From an uncultured Acidimicrobiaceae bacterium (GTDB lineage Bacteria; Actinomycetota; Acidimicrobiia; Acidimicrobiales; RAAP-2), in NCBI GenBank assembly GCA_963724865.1, contig CAVRWO010000005.1, forward strand, positions 197,885 to 261,884: a stretch of DNA of 64,000 nucleotides, in the 5' to 3' direction. A program made the translations under genes and the position numbers. Shown here piece by piece: positions 50,974 to 60,961 of the stretch (position 1 is its first letter; every line of letters begins with the position of its first letter). The notes under the pieces were generated by a model. It had not been told where the DNA came from and did no database searches. It saw only the letters and a program-made list of their open reading frames with translations.

Positions 50974-51987
50974 GTGTCTGTAAAGGCGGACAGCGGGGCT
51001 GTGACGCCCACGGGAGCTGTTGCTACCGACCAACCACTCAATCGACCAACGCCCAATCGAAAGGTGAAGACGAGGTCGCCGTCGACGAACGCTCGGCGAT
51101 TTACTCGAGGGCTCTTGGAAGCGGGGCTGCTCGAAGGAAGCGGTGTGACGGGCGTTTATCATCGATCGTTCGAGTTCGAGAAGATCATTCGTGGCATCGA
51201 AACCTACGTCTCGAGCGCCGGTGGAGACGAAAAAAGGCGGCAACTGTTTTGCTCTCCGGTGATGCCTCGCTCAACACTCGCCAAGTGCGGATACTTGGCC
51301 TCCTTTCCAGATCTGGTGGGCGCCATCTCGAGTTTCACGGGGAGCGAGGCCGACCTGCCGACGTTACGGCAGCGAATTGAAGACGGGGGTGAGTGGGCCG
51401 ACTTGCTCACCGCGACCCAGGTGGCGATGTGCTCGGCGGCGTGTCAAAACGTCTATCCGCTCGTGGTCGGTACCCCAATACCGCCCCAAGGCCTCGTGTA
51501 CGAGGTTCAGGCGTATTGCTTTCGCCATGAACCGAGCGACGACCTCGCTCGAATGTTGTCGTTCAGGCAACACGAGTTCGTTTTCCTCGGCACCGAGCAC
51601 GATGCTCGTGAGCACGCTGAGCTGTGGCGCAGCCGCTTTGGCGATCTGTTGGACGGTCTTGATATCTCCTACGAGGTCGTCATAGCGAACGACCCCTTCT
51701 TTGGCCGAATGGGGCGACTGCTCGCCGAGAGTCAGCGTCAGAAGTCGCTCAAGTACGAGTTCGTTGTCCCGATTACGTCAGAAGTTCCCCACTCGATCGG
51801 TTCGGCGAACTTTCACGAGGATCACTTCGGTACGTCGTTCGGTCTGTCGATGTTCGATGGAAGCGTCGCCCACTCCTCGTGCGTCGGCTTCGGCCTCGAA
51901 CGAGTCGCGCTCGCCCTGCTCTTCAGGCACGGTGTGGATAGCGCAACATGGCCCGCACCGATCCGGAGTCTGCTCACACTCGGGTAG
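50974..51987 (+). CDS. Amino acid--[acyl-carrier-protein] ligase (atypical SerRS homolog; start uncertain)
   Basis: GYLASFPDL, SAACQNVYP, FRHEPS..RMLSFRQHEFV, ANDPFFGR, SANFHEDHFG, HSSCVGFGLER. Confidence 0.82.
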   Translation: MSVKADSGAVTPTGAVATDQPLNRPTPNRKVKTRSPSTNARRFTRGLLEAGLLEGSGVTGVYHRSFEFEKIIRGIETYVSSAGGDEKRRQLFCSPVMPRSTLAKCGYLASFPDLVGAISSFTGSEADLPTLRQRIEDGGEWADLLTATQVAMCSAACQNVYPLVVGTPIPPQGLVYEVQAYCFRHEPSDDLARMLSFRQHEFVFLGTEHDAREHAELWRSRFGDLLDGLDISYEVVIANDPFFGRMGRLLAESQRQKSLKYEFVVPITSEVPHSIGSANFHEDHFGTSFGLSMFDGSVAHSSCVGFGLERVALALLFRHGVDSATWPAPIRSLLTLG

Positions 51988-52133
51988 CTGATCGACCGCG
52001 AGCAGACCAACCCCTGCAAGGAAAAGAAGCCTTTTCGTTCCCTCGACGCGCCTTCGATTCTCGCCGGTGCACGGGAGGTCGAACTGTGAAAGGATGCGCC
52101 GAGTCCAAGATGGACTCCTCTCAGGGCGTAAGT

Positions 52134-55100
52134 ATGAAGACTCTCAAGATCGTGACGATGGCGTGTGGTGCGGGTGCACTACTCCTGGCCCTGATGATCA
52201 GCCCCGCCACCACGGCCTTCGCCTCAACCACTGCGAGCGCGGCGTCAACGCAAGTGGTCTCTGCGGCGCCGATCACCGACGGTCCGTCTCGCAGCGAATG
52301 CCTCTATCCAGATTTCGATGACACGGGGCTCGCAGCCCTTCAGGCCGCAATCACGAGTTGGGACACGCTCACGAACTCGACCGTGTCGTGCGTCTCGGCG
52401 TATCTGAATGGTGCGACGACGTGGGCGCAGTGGGACGATCCGTGGATCACTGACTCGTCGTATGGGTACACCTCATGGGTCGCAGAAGCGCCGCACAATC
52501 AGCTCGTGCTGGCGGTGGACCTGATTCCCAGCAGCCTCGTAGATGCGGGGAGTCCGTTGGATTGGGAGACGGCGTGCGCCGCGGGCGACTACGACTCCTA
52601 CGCCACCGAACTCGGCACGAACCTCGTCGCTGCCGGTCTGCAGAACTCGGTCATTCGTCTCGGTCCGGAGATGAACGGTACGTGGGAGACCGATTTCATG
52701 GGCACCACCACTCAGGAGCAGAACCTGTGGGCCACGTGCTTCGCCAACGAAGTGACCGCGATGCGACAAGCCGCTGGGCAGAACTTCCTCTTTGACTGGG
52801 ACCCCAACGCCGGCAAGGGGGCCTACCCGTACGCAAACTTCTATCCCGGCAACTCGTACGTCGACATCATGGGACTCGACCTCTATGACGTCGATAGCAA
52901 CACGCCAAACACATCGGTCACCTTCTCTCAACTCGCCGATGAGCCCTTTGGGCTGGCAGATTTTGAGACGTTTGCGGCGGCACAGGGAAAACCCATGAGC
53001 TTTCCCGAATGGGGACTGTCGACCGTCCCCTCGGGGGACGATCCCGGGTACATCGACGGCATGGCATCAGCCGTCGCCAACGGGAACTTCGCCTTCGAGA
53101 CCTACTTCGACGGAGGAGGCACCGGCTCCAAGGCCCTCGCCCTTGGAGCCAGCACGCCGCTGTCGCTCGACGCCTATCAAGAGTGGTTCGGTACTCCGTC
53201 GACGACCGCCGCGACCATTTCGGGAACCGTCACCGCGGTCGGTGGTGGTGACCTTGCGGGCGTCTGCGTGGAAGCGTTTCTCAACGGCACCGACATCGCG
53301 GCGTCAGCGTCCACGGCTGCCGATGGCACGTACGCGATCACCGGTCTGGCGCCGGGGAGCTACGGCGTCGAGTTCGCTCCGGGGTGCGGCGGCGGGGACG
53401 ACGCAACGCAGTGGTACAACGACACGGCGTCGGGAACGCAGACGGCGCCGGGTACCTTGGTCGCCGTTACGGCGGCCACCCCGACAACAATCAACGCCAC
53501 GATGTCGGCGGGCACCAGCATCTCCGGGACGGTGAGCGCGGCAGTCGGCGGAGCCAACCTTGCGGGCATCTGCGTCAACGCCTTCCCGGTTGGCGGCGCC
53601 ACTGGCGCTGGTACGGCCGGCACCAGTGCCGCCGACGGGACGTACACCGTTGAAGGCCTCTTGCCCGGCAGCTACGACGTCGAGTTCTCTGCGGGGCCGT
53701 GCGGGGGAACCTACGCGGCGCAGTGGTACAACGGCACGCCAACCGGCGCGTCGTCTCTGTCGGGTGCGTTGGCCGTTGCCGTGGCGGTGGGCTCTCCGGC
53801 GAACGGCATCAACGCGGTGATGGCGGTGGGTACGAGCATCTCGGGGACCGTGAACGGAGAAGCGGGCGGAGCGCTCGCCAACATTTGCGTGTCGGCGTAC
53901 CCCGTGGGCGGTGGCGTGGCCGAGACCGCGACAACCGCCGTCGATGGCTGGTACACGATTGCTGATATCGCGGCGGGCAGCTACACCATCGAGTTCGACC
54001 CGAATCCCTGCGGAGGAGGCAACTACGCCACCCTCTGGTACAACGGCACCGCCTCAGGCACTCCCATCTCGGCAGACGCGCTGGGGGTTTCCACGTCGGT
54101 GGCGTCTGCGGCGAACGACATCAACGCCGTACTGCCTGTCGGCGGCACGGTGTCCGGGACAGTGACCGCTGCCGTCGGCGGGTCGGAGGTGGGCGGCGCC
54201 TGCGTGTCAGTGACCTCTACTGATGGCGGAAACAGTGGCTCTACGATCACGGCGGCCAGTGGTACCTACGCCGTCTCGGGACTGGCGGCCGGCTCCTACG
54301 ACGTGGCCGTCGACCCGACGTGTGGCGGTACTGTCACAACCCCGTACGCCTCGCCGCAGCCCGCGTCCGGTGCGGTGGCAGTCACTGCTGGCGGGACGTC
54401 GACCGACAACGTCGGCCTGGTCCTGCCCGGGTCGATCACCGATGTCATCACGCCAACCACCAACGCACCGACCAACGCGGTAGTCGGTGGTGCCACGTAC
54501 TCACCGAGCGCAACCGCGACCTCGGGTGACAACGTGAAGATCACCCTGGATGGCACGTCCACCGGCTGCGCGCTCAATTCGGGCGTGGTGAGCTTTACGG
54601 CGGCCGGTACGTGCATTATCGACTTCAACGATCCCAGTTCCGGCACGAGCGACGCGTACTCGTCGGCCGTCCAAGTTCAGCAGTCCTTCATCGTCGCAGC
54701 ATCGTCTGGTGGCGGTTCTGGTGGCGGTTCTGGTGGCGGTGGCGGTTCTGGTGGCGGTGGCGGTTCGGGCGGCGGTGGCGGCTCGGGCGGTGGCGGCTCG
54801 GGCGGAAGCTCGGGCGGCGGCGGTTCGAGCGGTGCTGGAGGTGGAGGTTCGACCACTCCGCCACCGGCTCCTCCAGCCACTCAATCCGCGCAGGCACCAG
54901 TTCCTCGCGAAACAACGTATGGAACGAATGACAGTGCATTGAGCGCGAGGGACAAGCGTGTCCTCAGCGCGTTGGTGAGAAAAATCGAGCCAGGAGATTC
55001 AATAACGATTACCGGCTTCGCGTATCACGATGCGACCTTGGCTCGAAAGCGGGCATCGGTGGTCGCGATCTTTTTGAAGGCACTCCTCAAGGTAAAGATG

Positions 55101-55160
55101 GCAATCTTGATAAACACGAGTTCAAGGGTGGGCAAGGTGATAGTGACGACGCGCATATAG
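52134..55160 (+). CDS. Secreted modular protein: GH26-like glycoside hydrolase + 4 carboxypeptidase-regulatory/CnaB-like repeats + Gly/Ser linker + OmpA-like C-terminal domain
   Basis: Signal peptide from ATG 52134; IRLGPEMNGTW, IMGLDLYD, PMSFPEWG; repeats ISGTV..C..DGTY...L.PGSY.VEF; C-terminal SALSARDK..ITITGFA..LARKRASVV. Confidence 0.75.
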   Translation: MKTLKIVTMACGAGALLLALMISPATTAFASTTASAASTQVVSAAPITDGPSRSECLYPDFDDTGLAALQAAITSWDTLTNSTVSCVSAYLNGATTWAQWDDPWITDSSYGYTSWVAEAPHNQLVLAVDLIPSSLVDAGSPLDWETACAAGDYDSYATELGTNLVAAGLQNSVIRLGPEMNGTWETDFMGTTTQEQNLWATCFANEVTAMRQAAGQNFLFDWDPNAGKGAYPYANFYPGNSYVDIMGLDLYDVDSNTPNTSVTFSQLADEPFGLADFETFAAAQGKPMSFPEWGLSTVPSGDDPGYIDGMASAVANGNFAFETYFDGGGTGSKALALGASTPLSLDAYQEWFGTPSTTAATISGTVTAVGGGDLAGVCVEAFLNGTDIAASASTAADGTYAITGLAPGSYGVEFAPGCGGGDDATQWYNDTASGTQTAPGTLVAVTAATPTTINATMSAGTSISGTVSAAVGGANLAGICVNAFPVGGATGAGTAGTSAADGTYTVEGLLPGSYDVEFSAGPCGGTYAAQWYNGTPTGASSLSGALAVAVAVGSPANGINAVMAVGTSISGTVNGEAGGALANICVSAYPVGGGVAETATTAVDGWYTIADIAAGSYTIEFDPNPCGGGNYATLWYNGTASGTPISADALGVSTSVASAANDINAVLPVGGTVSGTVTAAVGGSEVGGACVSVTSTDGGNSGSTITAASGTYAVSGLAAGSYDVAVDPTCGGTVTTPYASPQPASGAVAVTAGGTSTDNVGLVLPGSITDVITPTTNAPTNAVVGGATYSPSATATSGDNVKITLDGTSTGCALNSGVVSFTAAGTCIIDFNDPSSGTSDAYSSAVQVQQSFIVAASSGGGSGGGSGGGGGSGGGGGSGGGGGSGGGGSGGSSGGGGSSGAGGGGSTTPPPAPPATQSAQAPVPRETTYGTNDSALSARDKRVLSALVRKIEPGDSITITGFAYHDATLARKRASVVAIFLKALLKVKMAILINTSSRVGKVIVTTRI
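54705..54851 (+). repeat. GGC/GGT-rich low-complexity tandem repeat encoding a (G3-4S)n linker
   Basis: Near-tandem GGTGGCGGTTCT / GGCGGCGGTTCG units. Confidence 0.85.
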
Positions 55161-55258
55161 GGTTGCGGACTGCGTCAAGGCGAGCAGAGAAGCCTAAGAG
55201 CCGTTCGTCAAGGCATGTCGTTACTTCCGACCGATGAGCTTGCGAACGGAGGATGGCC

Positions 55259-58200
55259 TCAGTCGACTTCGCTGCCTGTCACCTGTTCAAGTCGATCGAG
55301 CATCGTCGTGGCCCCGATCTGAGAGAAGATGTCGCGCGCCTCCTTCGCAACCGTGGCGTCGACGTGGTCGCCGCCAAGGACCTGCACCAGATCGAGCTCG
55401 CAGAGACCCAGGTCGAGGACACTGTCAACGGCCCGCCATCGCTCGATCGCGTCAAGGTACGTCGCGGCCGCCTCATCGGGGTGGCCCTCGAGGGCAGCGA
55501 TGCCAGCCTCGGTCGTGCGACGCTGGGCGGCCATGGCTCGCCCCCGTACGCGCTGCATTTGGGAATAGACGCCGCGAAGGTCATCGAGATTACCGAGCCA
55601 CAGTGCGGCTCGCGCCGCGATGCCGAGTGCCACGGCGCTATTGATGCCCATCGGGTCGATTTCCATCGCGCGATGAGCGTCGCGGTACGCTCCCTCGAGA
55701 TCACCGTTCGCAAGCGCCACGCACGCCTCGGTGGTCAGGCGCGTCGTCTGTGCTGCCAATGTGTCGTCACTCATGACGTCGCCGACAGTGAGGAACTCGC
55801 CCGCTCGCGCAGCGTCTCCACTCATTGCGGCGAGCACGGCCTCAAGGCCGGCCATCCAAGTGCTGTGCCACAGACCGAGATCGCGCTGGTGCAGCTCGGC
55901 AATCGCGGCGCGCGCCTCGTCCCAGAGGCCCACGTAGATGGACGTCTCAGCGATGTTTAAGAGGTTCGTGAGCTCTAAGCCCCGGTGTCCCGCCCTGCGG
56001 GCGATCTCCACCGCTTCGAGCGCCACCGCGACCATTCCCCGCGGGTCGTCCGGCAACATGTAGAGGCTGAGTCCGGTGCGCGCGCGCGACTGCTCCGCGA
56101 GTTCGCCCGCGTCGTCGGCGATGACCGCCATCCCGCGGGCCACCATAACCGCCTCGCGGTGGCGACCGAGTGTGAACAGGGCCAACGACCGCGAACCGAA
56201 GGCCCCCGCAAGCAGTGCACTGTCGTCGAGCTCCTCAGCGAGTCCCGCCGCCGTCTCGCACCACTCGAGGGCCAGCTTCGACTCACTGCCGTGCGCGAGC
56301 ACCCAGGCCAGCGCATTTGCCAAACGGGCCCTCACGTCGACGCTTCCGGCATCGTCGAGGAGCTCGTAGAGGCTCTGGCACCTCTCGATCGCCTCATCGC
56401 TCCGGCCTGACATGTGAAGAGAAAAGGCGAGCTCCGCGGTCAAGAGTCCCGACGCTCTGAGATCGTCGCGTGCTTGGTGGATGGCGATGGCCTGCTCGAG
56501 AAGGTCAATGGCGCGCTCTGGCTCTTGACGTCGCATGGCGGCCTCACCGGCGCGCTCCAGCAACGGCGCCCGCAGCGCGTCGTCATCCCCGGCCAGCTCC
56601 AGCGCCTGATCGAAGAAGACGGACGCCTGCTCGGGCGAACCGAGCGAGAGCGCCCGCTGACCCGCGCGGTCGAGCCACTCGAGCGCCTTGGACAGCAACC
56701 CTTCGGTGGCGGCCTCTTCAGGGCTGACCCGGGACGCCTCGAGGAAGTGCGCGGCGATCACTCCGGCGAGCTCCTCTTCGCCGAGTGATTCGGCGTAGTT
56801 CGCGATCGCGAGGTGCTTGGACTTGCGATCGCGGCGGGCCAAGGTGCCGACCGCGACCTCGCGGATCACCCCTTGAACGAAACCGTACTGACCGCGCTCC
56901 GGCGAACGGGGGTCGTTGTCAGCGAAGAGGTACTCCTTGCGCACGAGGTCGCGCAGTTCGACCTCGAGCTCCTCGGCGGGGGTGCCGTTGACGACACGGA
57001 GGCTCTCCATGGAGAAGGTGGAGCCCACGATGCCGGCGTCTTGGAGCAGTGTGCGTTGCCGGGGCGAGAGAGAGTCGAGACGCGACGCGATCAACGCGTG
57101 AAGGGTCTCTGGTACTTCGAGCGTCCCGAGCTCGCCGTCCACCCGGTAGCCATCGCCGGACTCGACGATGACGCCGCGATCGACGAGCATGCGGATCATC
57201 TCGACGGCGTAGAGCGGGACGCCTTCGGCGCGTTCGAGCACGCGGACCACAACCTCAGCGGGCAGTCCTTCGACGAAGCCGTTGAGGAGTTCTTCCATCG
57301 CGGTGCGCGAAAGGGGCTCGAGGTGCAGTGACGTGAAATTACGCAGACCCGCTCCCCACGAAGGACGCCGGTCCATGAGTTCAGGGCGCGAGAGGGTCAC
57401 GATGAATATGGAATAACCCTTGGACCACTCGAGGATCGATTCGACGAAGTCGATCATGCCGGCGTCGGCCCACTGGAGGTCCTCGAACACAAGAACGCAC
57501 ACGCCGCGCGAGGCAATACGTTCGAAGAGCGTGCGCCACGCCGAGAACATCTCCTCGCGGTTCGCGCTCGGGGCTTCCACCAGTCCGAGCAGGTGCGCCA
57601 GATGCGGTTCGATCCACTGGCGCTCCTCAGTCTCGGTGACGAAATCATCGAGCACGCGTCGCAGTTTCTTGAGGGAAGAGGCCGAATCCTCGGTCTCCAA
57701 GATGCCCGCTCGCATTCGCACCATCTCACCGAGCGCGCCGAAGGTAATCCCCTCGCCGTACGCTCGGGACCGGCCCTGGTGCCAGTAGACCGTCTCGGCC
57801 AAGCCGTCCACGTACTTGAGAAACTCCCAGGCGAGGCGGCTCTTGCCGATCCCCGGGATGCCGGTGACCGACATGAGTCGGGCACGTTGCTCACGGCCCG
57901 TCGCGTGCAACGTGTCCTTGATGAGCCGAATCTCCTCTTCGCGTCCGACGAAGGGTGGTTCGAGACGCTCCGCTCGACCGAGGCCCTTGCGCTGGGCCAC
58001 TACGCGCACCGCTCGCCACGCGTTGAGCGCGTTCGCTTTGCCCTTCAGTTCAAGTGCGCCGACGCTCTCAAAAGCAATGGCTCCCGACGAGGCGCGCCAC
58101 GTGGCCTCATCGACGAGGACCGTCCCGGCCTCGGCCGCGCCCTGGACGCGCGAGGCCGAGTTGACGGTGTCACCAAGCACCATTCCCTCGCCCACCTTGC

Positions 58201-58765
58201 CAATCGTGATCGCGACCTCTCCCGTCACGACGCCGCCTCGAGCGCGCAGTCCCGGGTGACCGGTCTCACCGCCCAGTGTCGTGACGGCGGCCACGACGTC
58301 GAGTGCCGCCCGCACGGCGCGTTCGGCATCGTCTTCGTTGGCGACCGGCGCTCCCCACACCGCCATGACGGCATCACCGATGAACTTTTCGACCGTGCCC
58401 CCGTAACGCACGATGACGCGCTGTGCTCGATCGAAGTACTCGCTCAGCAGCTCTCGGACACTTTCTGGATCACGCTGCTCGGCGAGCGGCGTGAACCCGA
58501 CCAGATCGACGAAGAGTACCGAGCACAGCCGGCGCTCGGCAACGGCCACGAGTTCCTCCTCGGTGGGGCCAGAGACGCGAACCGGCGCCACCGGTGAGAA
58601 TCCCGAGGGAACCGGCGCCACAGCGCTGCCACAGCTGGCGCAAAATGGCTTGTCGGCTAGTAACTCTGCGCCGCACGACGAACAGCGCGCTGAGAGAGCG
58701 GCGCCGCAGTTGGCGCAAAACGGCTTGTCGTCCGGCGTTTCACCCTGGCACGACGAGCATCGCAT
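55259..58765 (-). CDS. Class III adenylate/guanylate cyclase with double zinc ribbon, AAA/STAND-like NTPase and TPR region
   Basis: CSSC..CANC..CSSC..CASC; LFVDLVGFT, EKFIGDAV, GDTVNSASR; GIPGIGKSRL, LVFEDLQWAD; helical repeats. Confidence 0.9.
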   Translation of the reverse strand: MRCSSCQGETPDDKPFCANCGAALSARCSSCGAELLADKPFCASCGSAVAPVPSGFSPVAPVRVSGPTEEELVAVAERRLCSVLFVDLVGFTPLAEQRDPESVRELLSEYFDRAQRVIVRYGGTVEKFIGDAVMAVWGAPVANEDDAERAVRAALDVVAAVTTLGGETGHPGLRARGGVVTGEVAITIGKVGEGMVLGDTVNSASRVQGAAEAGTVLVDEATWRASSGAIAFESVGALELKGKANALNAWRAVRVVAQRKGLGRAERLEPPFVGREEEIRLIKDTLHATGREQRARLMSVTGIPGIGKSRLAWEFLKYVDGLAETVYWHQGRSRAYGEGITFGALGEMVRMRAGILETEDSASSLKKLRRVLDDFVTETEERQWIEPHLAHLLGLVEAPSANREEMFSAWRTLFERIASRGVCVLVFEDLQWADAGMIDFVESILEWSKGYSIFIVTLSRPELMDRRPSWGAGLRNFTSLHLEPLSRTAMEELLNGFVEGLPAEVVVRVLERAEGVPLYAVEMIRMLVDRGVIVESGDGYRVDGELGTLEVPETLHALIASRLDSLSPRQRTLLQDAGIVGSTFSMESLRVVNGTPAEELEVELRDLVRKEYLFADNDPRSPERGQYGFVQGVIREVAVGTLARRDRKSKHLAIANYAESLGEEELAGVIAAHFLEASRVSPEEAATEGLLSKALEWLDRAGQRALSLGSPEQASVFFDQALELAGDDDALRAPLLERAGEAAMRRQEPERAIDLLEQAIAIHQARDDLRASGLLTAELAFSLHMSGRSDEAIERCQSLYELLDDAGSVDVRARLANALAWVLAHGSESKLALEWCETAAGLAEELDDSALLAGAFGSRSLALFTLGRHREAVMVARGMAVIADDAGELAEQSRARTGLSLYMLPDDPRGMVAVALEAVEIARRAGHRGLELTNLLNIAETSIYVGLWDEARAAIAELHQRDLGLWHSTWMAGLEAVLAAMSGDAARAGEFLTVGDVMSDDTLAAQTTRLTTEACVALANGDLEGAYRDAHRAMEIDPMGINSAVALGIAARAALWLGNLDDLRGVYSQMQRVRGRAMAAQRRTTEAGIAALEGHPDEAAATYLDAIERWRAVDSVLDLGLCELDLVQVLGGDHVDATVAKEARDIFSQIGATTMLDRLEQVTGSEVD

Positions 58766-58950
58766 AATCCCTCCCTGGCCTGGCAGCATACGACCTAACT
58801 CGTCGACGGCGAAAGGCCTTTGATTCGAGTCGTACGGTACATACAGCGCGACTGACCTACTCTCCGCAGCTCACAGCCACGCCAAGCGGCGAGCAGATCT
58901 GGCGCATTCGGTACGAGACACCTCGCACCTCGGGGGTTCTCACCCAGAGA

Positions 58951-59724
58951 TCAGGCGTGCCCATCGCGAAAGTACCTTGCCGGAGTGATACCGGTCTCGC
59001 GACGAAACGCGGCAACAAATGCGCTCGCCGATTCATACCCGACCTTTCGTGCGACTTCGGCAACGGGTTCACGCGCACCGAGCGCCTCCATGGCACAACG
59101 GAGTCGAACGAGCGCGCGCCAGCGGGCGAATGACAGCCCGGTGTCAGAGAGGAAGGCACGAGCAAGGGTCCGGCTACTGGCCCCGACGTCTCGTCCCCAC
59201 TCGCTTAGCGTCCGGTCGTCGGCCGGGTCGTCGATCAACATCCTCGCGACATGCAGGGCTCGATCATCCGTGGGCATCCGCACGTCAAAGGACAGAGTCG
59301 GAACCGGTTCGAGGAGGTCGACGAGCAGCTGTTCGGCAAGCCTTCGACGAGACGACTCCAGCTCATCACGCTCAAGATAGGTCAGAAGGTCGGCGACGAG
59401 CGGTGTGGTGAGCACCGGAGTACACGTGCGCCACGAGATCGCACACGAGCTCGGTCGTACGTAGGCGGTGCGCATCGTCGCTGCGCTCTCGGACAGCGTC
59501 TCGTGGCGCACACCGGCGGGAATCCAGAGCGCCCGCGTCGGCGGGAGCACCCACGCTTCACTACCACTTCGTACCGTGAGCACACCACTTGCGGCCCACG
59601 CGAGTTGATGGTCTTCGTGAGTGTGCCAGTCGAACACCGTGCCCGCCGGCATGGGGAATGTGCAGACGGCCAAGCCCAGCGTCGCGTCGACCGTACATTC
59701 GTCAGGTTGTCTGTCTTGCGACAT
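58951..59724 (-). CDS. AraC-family regulator (cupin + HTH, NimR/RipA-like)
   Basis: WHTHEDHQL, RALWIPAGVRH, SSRTLARAF..TGLSFARWR, VGYESASAFVAAFRRETGITP. Confidence 0.9.
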   Translation of the reverse strand: MSQDRQPDECTVDATLGLAVCTFPMPAGTVFDWHTHEDHQLAWAASGVLTVRSGSEAWVLPPTRALWIPAGVRHETLSESAATMRTAYVRPSSCAISWRTCTPVLTTPLVADLLTYLERDELESSRRRLAEQLLVDLLEPVPTLSFDVRMPTDDRALHVARMLIDDPADDRTLSEWGRDVGASSRTLARAFLSDTGLSFARWRALVRLRCAMEALGAREPVAEVARKVGYESASAFVAAFRRETGITPARYFRDGHA

Positions 59725-59778
59725 CGATTGTCAGCCTACGGTCTTGGCATCGCGCGTGACGATCCCTACGTTGTTCCT

Positions 59779-60372
59779 ATGAACGAAAACCACGCACAGC
59801 TTTGTCCCAGTCCCGAGTGGGCAGAACACATTCAACAAGACGTGCTGCCGTTTCTCGTCAACATCGCTGTTCTCGGTGACGACATGCTTGAACTCGGTCC
59901 TGGGCCCGGCGCCGCGACGGAGTGGCTGCACCGACGCGTTCGCCGACTCGTCGCGGTTGAACCGGACGAGGCCGCGGCCAAGCTGCTCACCGAGCGATAC
60001 GACGGCACGAACGTGGAGATAGTCGTAGGGGACGCCACGCACCTGGACGTTCCGTCAGACACGTTTGATTCCGTGGGGTCGTTCACGATGCTTCACCATG
60101 TGACGACCTTTTCTGCTCAGCAGCGGTTGCTGCAAGAGGCCTTTCGCGTGCTCAAGCCCGGTGGCGTCTTTCTCGGATCCGACAGCCTCGCGAGCAATGG
60201 GCTTCACCACTTCCACGAAGGCGACGACTACAACCCGGTGGACCCCGCATCTTTTCTCGTTCGTCTACAAGCGGTGGGCTTTGCGCAGCTCACGATCGTG
60301 GTCGATGGGAACGTGAAGTTCGTCGCGCGAAAGCCCGACCCGTCAACTTCAGACGATTGTGAACGAGACTAA
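59779..60372 (+). CDS. Class I SAM-dependent methyltransferase
   Basis: MLELGPGPGA motif I, VGDAT, FDSV, MLHHV..EAFRVLKPGG; divergent from araC. Confidence 0.85.
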   Translation: MNENHAQLCPSPEWAEHIQQDVLPFLVNIAVLGDDMLELGPGPGAATEWLHRRVRRLVAVEPDEAAAKLLTERYDGTNVEIVVGDATHLDVPSDTFDSVGSFTMLHHVTTFSAQQRLLQEAFRVLKPGGVFLGSDSLASNGLHHFHEGDDYNPVDPASFLVRLQAVGFAQLTIVVDGNVKFVARKPDPSTSDDCERD

Positions 60373-60384
60373 GAGGAGCTGCTC

Positions 60385-60885
60385 ATGACACTGCCATACA
60401 ACGAACCACTGACCGTGCGTGCACTTGGAGACCGAGTGATCCCGGAACCACCCCGTCGCGGTGAGCCTGGTGGAGATCCGTGCGGGATCTGCAGCGGTAT
60501 GGCAGCCGCCGCGGTCTGGTCCAATGCCAACTGGTCGCTCCACCCGCCGGTGGGAGGCAGCCTCGTCGGAGCGGTGTGGCTCGCGACCAGAGCACACGTC
60601 GACTCGTTCAAGGATCTTCCAGAACCCGCCGCTGCGGAGTTTGGGCGGGTCGTTGCCAACGTCGAACGGGGAATCCTCTCGCTTGGAGGCGTCGCTCGAG
60701 TTCACCTTTATCGCTGGGGAGACGGGGGCTCACACTTCCACGTCTGGATGCTCCCGCGCCCGCTCGGCATGCTCGAGGCGACGGGCATGATGCTGCCCCT
60801 CTGGGAAGATGTCCTGCCTAACGTCACCGACGATGAGTTGCGGGCGGCAGCAGAAAAGGTGGCGCTCGCTATGGATGTCCCGTAA
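60385..60885 (+). CDS. HIT-like hypothetical protein
   Basis: CGIC near the N-terminus and GDGGSHFHVWMLPRP, resembling a HxHxH-type motif. Confidence 0.55.
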   Translation: MTLPYNEPLTVRALGDRVIPEPPRRGEPGGDPCGICSGMAAAAVWSNANWSLHPPVGGSLVGAVWLATRAHVDSFKDLPEPAAAEFGRVVANVERGILSLGGVARVHLYRWGDGGSHFHVWMLPRPLGMLEATGMMLPLWEDVLPNVTDDELRAAAEKVALAMDVP

Positions 60886-60923
60886 AGCCTGATTGGAGCG
60901 GCTGCACATCTGTTGTTGATGAC

Positions 60924-60954
60924 GTGTAGCATTTCGTAGCCCTCAGTGCTACAC
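60924..60954. promoter_or_regulatory. Inverted-repeat operator of the phd-vapC pair
   Basis: GTGTAGCA-N15-TGCTACAC with a central CGTAGC; overlaps a TACACT -10 that ends 6 nt before the ATG. Confidence 0.6.
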
Positions 60955-60961
60955 TCGCAGG

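Noticed and set aside
52053-52063. TTCGATTCTCG as a further att fragment marking a distant island end
   Set aside because: An 11-bp match only, with no flanking similarity; compatible with chance.
54705-54851. GGC-rich tandem repeat as a contingency locus or mobile repeat
   Set aside because: The units are imperfect with synonymous variation and encode an in-frame Gly/Ser linker.
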